From assembly GCF_001194135.2 (NCBI RefSeq), contig NC_068988.1, positions 56,591,429 to 56,655,428 on the forward strand: a stretch of DNA of 64,000 nt, written 5' to 3'. The position numbers and the translations under genes were made by a program. Positions 57,734-64,000 of this stretch are shown here, one piece after another (position 1 is the first letter of the stretch; the number at the start of each line of letters is the position of its first letter). This DNA is from Octopus bimaculoides (taxonomy: Eukaryota). A model generated the notes under the pieces. It saw nothing but the letters and a program-made list of their open reading frames with translations. It had not been told where the DNA came from and searched no databases.

Positions 57734-57897
57734 ATGGCGGAAGACAATACATCATCTTCGGCTTCAAATGTTTCAAATAATCAAGACTCGCACAAACCAG
57801 ATAATGACGGCTATAAATCACCGATGGGGAATAGATACCCTATGGGACCTGGCCCTCCGAGAGGTCCCAGAGGTGGCTTTGGTATGAGAGGTCCCAG
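57734..57897 (+). CDS. First (or early) coding exon of a gene with a Gly/Pro/Arg-rich N-terminus (MAEDNTSSSASNVSNNQDSHKPDNDGYKSPMGNRYPMGPGPPRGPRGGFGMRGP), possibly an RNA-binding protein
   Basis: gtaATGG start context; coding-like composition; CAG|gtgaga donor in phase 2; no later exon identified in the window. Confidence 0.75.
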
Positions 57898-58307
57898 GTG
57901 AGAATTTAATCATCCATCTCTGTTTCTCTCTCTCTGTCAATGCGAATTGTTATCTTCTATCTTGTAATGTAATATATTCAAGTATTTTAATAATCAGCGC
58001 CGTGTTCTTTTGTCCAGGACATTATTCCTAACACTTATATTTTTACAAAAAGAAATACATGTATATACATTAAAAAAAAAACCTCCCAAAAATATGCATA
58101 TGCTAATAAAAACACGTTTATTAAAGCTATCTTAACTGCTTTGATTTGTGCTATTACTCATCATATATATATCTATATAGCTTATCTCCCTAGCATATAC
58201 AGTATGTGTTCGTGTACGTACTCGCTCTCTCCTTATGTATATATATTTTAGTGTATATAGTGCATATGTACGTATATATAGTATTTTTCTTTCTATCTAT
58301 CCCACTC

Positions 58308-58572
58308 AGTGTATCTTTCTTTCCCTCTCTGTGTATGTAAGTGTATCTTTCTCCCCCTCTCTATGTTATATATCTGTCTCCCTTCTGTGTATGTAAGTGT
58401 ATCTTTCTCCCCCTCTCTGTATGTTGTATATATCTGTCTCCTCCTCTCTGTGTATGTAAGTGTATCTTTCTCACCCTCTCTGTGTATGTAAGTGTATCTT
58501 TCTCCCCCTCTCTGTATGTAAGTGTATCTTTCTCCCCCTCTCTGTATGTTGTATATCTGTCTCCCCCTCTCT
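58308..58572. repeat. ~30-bp minisatellite (tgtatgtaagtgtatctttctccccctctc)
   Basis: About 8 units in two alternating variants. Confidence 0.9.
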
Positions 58573-59071
58573 TTATTGTATCTATCTATCTCACTTTCCC
58601 TATATGTATCTACGCCTGTCTTCTCTCTCCCTGTATATTGTATTTATCCCTCTCTAGTTTATCAATATATATCTCTTTTCTATGTATAGATATGTACACT
58701 CACACATGTGTGTGTCTGTGTATGTCTATATTTATGTATATGTCTATGCATGTGTGTATGTGTCTGTATATGTGTCTATATATATATGCGTGCATGTGTT
58801 TGTGTGTGTATGCATGTCTCTTTTCTCATGTCTGTGTTTATAATAAGGTAATTTCCATGTTGTGCTTGTCCAGTTAAAAGTGAAGTGAAAAATGTAATCG
58901 AGACGAGGTGGAAAGGAGAGCGGAGTTATTTATTACAATAAATTGTCTGCCTGTTTTCAATTTTAGTGTGGAAAATTCCACTTACCTTTCTCACTGTTTC
59001 TCCACTAATGTATTCATCATAAAAATACACCGGAAGAAACTATATGTCGATGTGCCCATAATGTATATTTC

Positions 59072-59103
<32 letters not shown>

Positions 59104-59179
59104 TTATCGAATCTATAGGCGATACATATATACACAAATTAAATGCAACAGACAGTTTTGCGTGCCTGCATACACATTC

Positions 59180-59210
<31 letters not shown>

Positions 59211-60899
59211 ACATTCGATATGAAAGATCACCATATACACGTACATACACATATGCACACACACATGCATATGTGTGTATACTTAGTGACAAAGTGATTT
59301 CTATATATTGTATAACTAAGATATATTATCGTCGTTGAGATGTCCCGCTTGGTCACAAGCAGGCGCATACATACATTCACGTACATACATACATACATAC
59401 AAGTGCATTTTGTGTTACACACCCACTAGTGCCATGGTGTATCCGGACGTTCGTACGCGTACGCACACGCTACGCTAGAGTTTATACTGTTACTGACAAG
59501 TATATAGTATTAGGACGCTAGTGTGTGCACGCACGTACTAGTGCTAATTAGTCACACGCACACTAATACAAACCTACATGCTTGCACACATATATGTGTG
59601 TGCGTGTGAATGAAAATGATTTAAATGGCGATTTTTTTTTTCTGGACAGAGTTGGGAGAACGTAGACCGTTATGCACAATGAAAGACGTTCCAGCCGTGA
59701 CTATCCCATCATTTTGTATAACCAGAATTAAATTGTTTGTGCCCCTGCCTTCAATTTAAAATAGTAAGGTGTGATCTTAAGAAATTATGCCTGTTATTTC
59801 TATGAAGCCTATTATGTTGGTTGGACTTATCACTGTTTTTCTTGATTGAGCAGACCGATGATCAAAATCCTTCCATGACCACTCCGCATTTTTAGTGTTA
59901 TGTCCCGAATTACATTAGCCAGTGTATCCTTTCCCTATTTGAGGGGTGTATTTGACTGCTATTTCTAACTGGTCGAGTGATCTCGTAGAGACTCCTTGGT
60001 TGGCTTGTCCTATTACTGCTGACCACATTGATGGCCACTAGTGTATCAGTTGACCTGCCCGCTATTTTCACTATTATTGGATCTGACTGACCAATCCACA
60101 CTCCTTAATGGTGGACAGACGTCATTGTATTTGTTGGTTCAAGTCGCTTACCTTTTTTTTTTTTTTTTACCCTTCACTTGTTTCTCTCACTGGACTACGA
60201 CCACGCTGGGACTCCGCTTTGAGGGTTTAAGTCGAACGAATCGACCTCAGTTCTTATTTTTAAAGCCTGGTACCTATTCTATCGGCAACTTTTGACGAAC
60301 CGTTAAGTTACGAGGACGCAAACAAACCAGCACCGGTTGTCAAGCAACGGTGGGGTGCAAACACAAAGACACACACACGGGCTTCTTTTAGTTTTCGTCT
60401 ACCAAATCCACTCACAATGCTTTGGTCGGCCCATGGCTACGGTAGAAGACACTTGTCAAAGGTGCCATGTTGAGTGCAGCATATGTACTACGATTATTGC
60501 TACTGCTAGTATTTGTTTTTCTTGACTAATCTGTTTTCTATTAGAACTGCTGGCTTTTTGGCATCCGTTGACAGTTTTCCTTTCAAGTTGCCATTACATG
60601 ACTCAGTTGACCATTCAGTTTCATTAAATCTGCCCCATCATGTATAATTGAGCACTACATCTTCTATTAAATCTGCCTATTCCTTGTACATCTATTTTTA
60701 AAATTGCATCTGATGAACATTCAAATTATATATTATTATTTTCTCTCCTTTCTTCAACTGGGGTAACCATGTATCTCTTCTGCAACAGGACACCGGTTTC
60801 TATCCCTTTATTCTATCATATCTTGACCTCTATTTGCCTGGCATGAAGCCACTTCCATCAGTACCACTTCCTTTCTCAGTTGAGGGGGTATTTGTCTTG

Positions 60900-61261
60900 A
60901 AATCGTCATGGCACCTGTGCCCAGCATCGCCTTCCTGGCACTTGTACCGGATGGCATGTGTAAAGACATTCGAGCGCGATCTTTGTCAGTGCCGCCGAAC
61001 TGGCTCCTGTGCGGGTGGCACATAAAATACACCATTATGAGCATGGCCGTTGCCAGTACTGCCTGACTGGCCTTCGTGCCGGTGACACGTAAAAGCACCT
61101 ACTACACTCTCGGAGTGGTTGTCGTTAGGAAGGGCATCCAGCTGTAGAAACTCTGCCAAATCAGATTGGAGCCTAGTGTAGCCATCTGGTTTCACCAGTC
61201 CTCAGTCAAATCGTCCAACCCATGCTAGCATGGAAAGTGGACGTTAAACGACGATGATGAT
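60900..61261 (+). mobile_element. Family B retroposon 3' part with (GAT)n tail
   Basis: Reverse complement of 52555-52970. Confidence 0.85.
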
Positions 61262-61691
61262 GAACATTCAAATTATATATTATTATTTTCTCTCCTTTCT
61301 TCAACTGGGGTAGCTATGTATCTCTTCTGCAACAGGACACCGATTTCTATCCCTCTATTCCATCATATCTTAACCTCTGATCGCCTGGCATGAAGCCACT
61401 TCCATCAGTACTACTTCCCTTCTCAGTTGAGGGGGTACTTGTCTTGTAAGTTACATGGTGACCTCACTGGTGCTGGTTCTATGTAAAAAGCACTCAGTAT
61501 ACTTTGTAATATGCTTAGCATTAAGAAGGGCATCCTTCTGTAGAAACTCTGCCAAAGCAGAACCTGGTGCAGTTCTTTAGCTTGCTAGCATGGAAAACCG
61601 ACATTAATTGTAGGTGATAATAGTATGTCACTGAATCCATCTCAAGCATTCAGTTTCATATTAAACTTGCATCATTACTCTTTTTTTTTTT

Positions 61692-61902
61692 TACTCTTTT
61701 GTTTCAGTCATTTGACTGTGGCCATGCTGGAGCACCGCCTTTAGTCGAGCAAATCGACCCCAGGACTTATTCTTTGTAAGCCCAGTACTTATTCTATCGG
61801 TCTCTTTTGCCGAACCGCTAAGTTATGGGGACGTAAACACACCAGCATCGGTTGTCAAGCGATGTTGGGGGGACAAACACAGACACGCAAACACACACAC
61901 AC

Positions 61903-61964
<62 letters not shown>

Positions 61965-62127
61965 GACGGGCTTCTTTCAGTTTCCGTCTACCAAATCCAC
62001 TCACAAGGCTTTGGTTGGCCCGAGGCTATAGTAGAAGACACTTGCCCAAGGTGCCATGCAGTTGGACTGAACCCAGAGCCATGTGGTTGGTAAGCAAGCT
62101 ACTTACCACACAGCCACTCCTGCGCCT
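61692..62127 (-). mobile_element. SINE family A, full-length young copy
   Basis: Complete head to tail with internal (TA)n. Confidence 0.92.
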
Positions 62128-62129
62128 TT

Positions 62130-63370
62130 GATCATTCTTTCAATAAACTAACAATTAGTGCATCTGAACATTGCCTTGTGTGTCATTAATTGCTTCTTTA
62201 GCGATTCAGTCTCATTGAACTAGTCCTCTATTTGCATCTTTGACTGTTCATTCTTTCATTAAACCTGTAACATTTTGCACATTTTTTTGATCATTTAGTC
62301 TTTTATTAAATCTTCTAGTACTTGGATTTGTTGACTGTCCAGTCTTCTATTAAAACTGTTGTTTCTGGCCTTTGTTGACCATTTAGTCTTCTATTAAATC
62401 TGATGCTAATTGTGCAACTGTTGATCACTTTTCTATTAAACCTGCTGGTATTATGCATCTGTTGATTGCTCAGTCTTCTATTAAACTGTCATTTCTGTCC
62501 TTTGTTGACCATTGAGTCTTCTGTGAAGTTTGCATTTGTTAATCATATAATCTTTTATTTAAACATACCCAAGCTGTTGACCAAGCATGTATTGAAACTG
62601 CTGTTGCATGTTTGATCATTTGGTCTTCTATTGAAGCTGTTACCTGTGCATTTGTTGTCACTCCAATCTTCTATTAAACCTGCTATTATTTGTCTTGATC
62701 ATTGAGTAGTCTATTAAACTTATATCTACTGACCATCAAGGCTTTTATTAAATGTAACAATACTTGTAGATGTTTGAATATTGTCTTCTGTAAAATATAT
62801 CATTATTTGTTCATCTAAGGCACTGGTTTTCAATTGGGGTCCATACAAGATTTTGTTGTTAAACATTATGTGCAATAAATACTTCTATAATGCACCAAAT
62901 ATTTTAATTTTTTTTAATAGAATTCCTAATAAAAGTATAATGGGATTTTTAAATATCAAAGGGCTATGAGGTTCGATCCAAGTAAAATTAGAATCAAAGG
63001 GGCTTCTAAGTAAAACATATATGGTTGAGAACTACTAAGTCTTCCATTAAAACTGCCTTTAACTGTATATCTGTTGACCAGTTTCCAATTAAAGCAACCT
63101 CTAATTCTGCAATTGACATTTATTAGGTCTTGTATTAAGTCTGCCAAAATTTTGCATCCGTTTACCATTGAGTCTTTTGCCAAACTTGTATCTATTGACC
63201 AAGACTTCTCAAACTTGCACCTGCTGCATCATTGTTTTAAACCTGTATCTGTTGACATTCAAACTTCTATTAAGCCTAATCTATTGAGCATTCAGTCTTA
63301 AACTCAATCTGTTAACTAATGTCTTCTATTAAACTTGCATCTGTTCTTACTGGCTTTCCAAGCCTGCTTC
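62130..63370. repeat. Degenerate 35-46-bp satellite (ttgaccattyagtcttctattaaac...)
   Basis: Recurring ttgacc...tcttctattaaa units; the same units occur at 60500-60710 and ~61640-61675. Confidence 0.75.
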
Positions 63371-63724
63371 TTTCATTACTTCTACTATTGGCAAATCACA
63401 CGGTGTATGTATTGCAGGAGTAGTTGTTTTTGTTATTTCTTCTCCATTCAACTCTCAGCAATATCATGGTAAAAAGTCTTAAAGCCATTGCATCATCATT
63501 ATTGTTTTAATGTGCACATTTCCATATTTGCATGGGTTATAGGGAATTTGTTGAGGCAAATTTTCTACACCTAGATACCATTGTAGTTATCAATTTTCAC
63601 CTGTTTCCAAGCAAGGTTACACTTCCCTGGCTTCATGTAAGATTAGAAGTGTACACCACTTGTGTACAACTATCACTTGATGTCAAAACAAGGAAACATA
63701 CACATGTATGTATGTGTGTGTGTC

Positions 63725-64000
63725 GTTGTCGTCGTCGTTTAACGTCCGCTTTCCATGCTAGCATGGGTTGGACGATTTGACTGAGGACTGGTGAAACCAG
63801 ATGGCTACACCAGGCTCCAATCTGATTTGGCAGAGTTTCTACAGCTGGGTGCTTTTACGTGTCACCCGCACGAAGGCCAGTCAGGCGGTACTGGCAACGG
63901 CCACGCTCATCTCGCTCGAAAAACCTCATGTGTCACCCGCACAAGAGCCAGTCCAGGGGCACTGGCAACGATCTCGCTCGAAAATCCTACGACAACCCCA
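63725..64000 (-). mobile_element. Family B retroposon (internally deleted, runs off the window)
   Basis: Family signature; lacks the gcccttcctaa...gtagtg segment. Confidence 0.85.

Noticed and set aside
59896-59932. Second GTATCCTTT (59924) after a 28-nt AG-bounded segment
   Set aside because: A 9-mer can occur by chance in 64 kb of AT-rich DNA; the peptide is uninformative and no paired U12 branch site was found.

Overview
Eukaryotic, intron-rich, AT-rich animal DNA with 11 assembly gaps. The SINE families and the density of (TA)/(CA)/(CAT) microsatellites suggest a coleoid cephalopod, most likely Octopus (inference). The first 20 kb holds nine consecutive, phase-compatible internal coding exons of kinesin-associated protein 3 (KAP3/KIFAP3, + strand); the 5' exons lie upstream of the window and the final coding exon was not located (probably in a gap). 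One KAP3 intron (9688-11929) has U12 minor-spliceosome signals. From 20 to 55 kb the sequence is mostly retroposon and transposon debris: several SINE families, RTE and Tx1/L1 LINE ends, a decayed DD34D mariner, a Tc1 fragment, fold-backs and minisatellites. A CpG-retaining zone at about 55.9-57.9 kb contains the first coding exon of a + strand gene with a Gly/Pro/Arg-rich N-terminus, and possibly the first exon of an unidentified divergent minus-strand gene, which has a well-formed candidate exon at 49956-50059. No prokaryotic features (CRISPR, operons) are present. Most long ORFs in the track are artefacts of N-runs or simple repeats.
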